A DNA stretch of 63,439 nt, counting the filler, from Reclinomonas americana ATCC 50394 (Eukaryota), in NCBI GenBank assembly GCA_048213135.1. It is 7 parts of 4 records of this genome, joined end to end, with 100 filler letters (N's around TTAATTAATTAA, not from the genome) between each part and the next. Parts side by side here need not be neighbours in the genome. Positions count along the whole stretch, not along the records: positions 59,439 to 61,763 come from PS015115.1; positions 61,864 to 63,439 come from PS015117.1; 5 more parts are not named here. One strand, given 5' to 3'. Positions 61,140 to 63,439 of this stretch are shown piece by piece. Position numbers and translations under genes: made by a program. Positions within the stretch are counted from its first letter, which is position 1, and every line of letters starts with the position of its first letter. Below the pieces are notes generated by a model. That model worked only from the letters and a program-made list of their open reading frames with translations, searched no databases and was not told where the DNA came from.

Positions 61140-62586
61140 GTGCGTCAATCACTTTGGTGCTTGTACTTGAGACGCAGTGCTAGTTTGCTCATCGTATCTG
61201 CATTCGATGTCTGTGTTCTGTAATCAGCCGGCGAGGCGTATGCACGGTTCGTGATGTTCATTCCCCTCGATGATGTGAAAGAAAAGTTATTCATGTGTGA
61301 TAATGCAGGTGTCCGGTCTACGTCTGGGTGTGTGCAACGCGCTTGGGCGTGTCCAAGCACCCTCCGCCTTTGTTACTCAATCGTCTTGTGTGTGATTGCA
61401 GAAAATCAAGATTCGCGTATTTGAAGTGGTGAGCTTGAGAGGAGAAAGAAGAGAGTCTGTCGTGGTTTTGCAGGTGGCAACCCTGTTGCTATTGCTTTTG
61501 TTTGTGTGCCACTCTTTCTGTAGGCAGAAGCCAAGGTGCTTGGGGCTTTCTTTCGTCATCATCCTTATTGTCTCAGTCACTGTGTGCTCTCGCTTGATTT
61601 CTTCTTTTCGAGATCGTATGATCCTACCTCGATTCCCAGTAGTCCCGTGTCCTCTCTCTCTCTCTCTCGCCTCTCTCTCTCCTCCACGACGACGTACTAC
61701 TACTCTCTCTCGTTCGTTGGTGAGTAGGTTAGTAGTCGTCCGACCGACAACGAACGACCGCGTNNNNNNNNNNNNNNNNNNNNNNNNNNNNNNNNNNNNN
61801 NNNNNNNTTAATTAATTAANNNNNNNNNNNNNNNNNNNNNNNNNNNNNNNNNNNNNNNNNNNNGAGAGAGAGAGAGAGAGACGAGTGAGGTTTCTTTTCT
61901 GTATTTTCATTTTGCAAGGCATTGTTTTCTGCACCACAGTCGTGCTTGAAAACAGCGGGATTCTTGATGTTGAGTGTGCCAACTCCTTCACTCTCTTTCT
62001 CCTCGTCATTTTTTTTTTTTTACCATCGCCTACCTCTGTGAACCATGGGCGACAGCCTTTCGTGCTTGCTCTCACAAAATGCCATTCGTCGTGTTGACTC
62101 TTTCGGTGCCTTCATTTCTCCTCACCATGGCGTGTCCTTTTTCTGCATGATCGCTCCTTGTCGCGCTCTTTCTCACTCGTTTGCGCATCTTCTGTGTGTA
62201 CGACTGTGCTTGCTCCTCGCGTTGTCATGTTCCTCTGCTTTTATCTTCGATGACACAGAGCATGATCGCACTTGTCATACTTCTCTCACTGTGTCAGTGT
62301 GCGTCTCTCTCTCACTCTCTCTGAGTCTCTCACTGTGCGTGTGTGCCATCTCTCGACCTTGGCAAGATCATTTTTCGCGTCTGTCTTCTCTGTGCCCCTT
62401 TATTGCTTGCACACAATCACATTCGTGATGTTGACTGCTGCGTTGCTTTGTCTCTCATTCTTTGCCACCTCAGTTCCCCGAGTTCGTTGCCTGGGCTCTC
62501 TCTCTCACACACACACGCTCTCTCTTGTCTTACTACCTCAAACTTTCTTGCCCTTTCGTCCCTCTCATTCCCTTCTCATCTCGCAG

Positions 62587-63391
62587 GTCAACCTCGCGCG
62601 CAATCTAGCCGAAATGGGCGGCACCGAAAATCTGAAGGAAGCCGAGGAGCTGCTGATGTTGCGTTCTTGAGGCACCCTGATCGTCCTTGTCATTTTGCTC
62701 ATACCCGTGCTTCTCTCCAGATCGGCGCTGGAAATTCTCGACTCCACCGTCGGCAAGGCACACGACGACACGCTCCTCACGCGCGAACAATGTAAGTCAC
62801 TCTTCCCCTCCTCCATCAAAAATGTCGCTAACCACGTGTCGTGTTGTGGTGCACAGTGGCGCTTGTCATTACAGTTTCGCACACAAATCCCCCGCTTTTT
62901 CGCCATGATAACGAATTCTCACTGTCGCCTCCATGCGCAGCAACGTGACACGGATCGCCAGGAGGAGAGTTTTGAGATTCTCAAGGAGAGCATCCGACTG
63001 CGCACCGAGATTGTGGGACCAGATCATTTGGTGTGCATGATTCACCTCCCCTCTGTCTCCCTTTTGTTGTCCTCTCACCCGCGCGTCGCAGATGGTCATT
63101 GGAACCGAGCAGCGGTTGTGCGAAGCCTACTTTTTTGCGAATCGTCTGGACGACGCCCTGCCGCTGCTGAACAAGGTGTTCGAGCACCGCCGAGAGTACT
63201 ATGGCGAGTTGTCGCCGGACTTTTTGCTGTGGTCGTGCTGGGTGGCGGAGAGACATCGTCGGTTGACGCAGTGGGACAAGGTGACGGAGACCGTATTGGT
63301 GACGTTGCCGCGGCTGGAGGTCATGGCGCCCAACGATCCCAGCATCGAGTACTGCGAGAGCATTGTCAAGCAGGATTTGCAATGTGAGTGA
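62587..63391 (+). CDS. Tetratricopeptide repeat protein fragment (kinesin-light-chain-type TPR)
   Basis: NLA..EAEELLI/SALEILDSTVGKAHDDTL, ESIRLRTEIVGPDHL and DALPLLNKVFEHRREYYGELSPD. Confidence 0.75.
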
Positions 63392-63439
63392 TGTGGCCAA
63401 CTAGAGGGTGCAGCGAGAGAGCATAGACAAGCAGGATTT

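Noticed and set aside
16784..61819. Six TTAATTAATTAA palindromes as a biological motif
   Set aside because: Always centred in N blocks; an artificial six-frame-stop contig linker.
1..63439. Genetic-code reassignment, snRNA/tRNA genes or transposase/RT genes
   Set aside because: Conserved exons show no in-frame stops and genes end in TAA or TGA. I saw no U1/U2/U5/U6 or tRNA signatures or mobile-element ORFs by eye; a covariance-model search is still needed.

Overview
Intron-rich nuclear DNA of a flagellated eukaryote, probably a protist. Its gene set includes DRC10, SF3B2, syntaxin-5, RPT6 and a plant-type GLDH. The draft is gappy, and contigs are joined by N-TTAATTAATTAA-N linkers at six places, so adjacency across those linkers is not guaranteed. 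I could splice about 22 genes by eye. The main signal is a very frequent atypical 5' splice-site class, GTTGCG(T), with variants GTTGAGT and GTTTCGT. It lacks +5G, looks like the ordinary G|GTGCGT or G|GTGAGT donor shifted by one base, and nearly always follows an exon that does not end in G. Other notable items: an archaeal-type RNase HII with a mitochondrial-like presequence; a six-bromodomain protein with Phe at the conserved acetyl-lysine Asn in every domain; a ~2,200-aa FN3 surface protein with a GPI-like tail; tandem receptors with PSAP/PPxY tails; and a PAP2 pseudo-phosphatase. All gene models are manual, with no RNA or database support.
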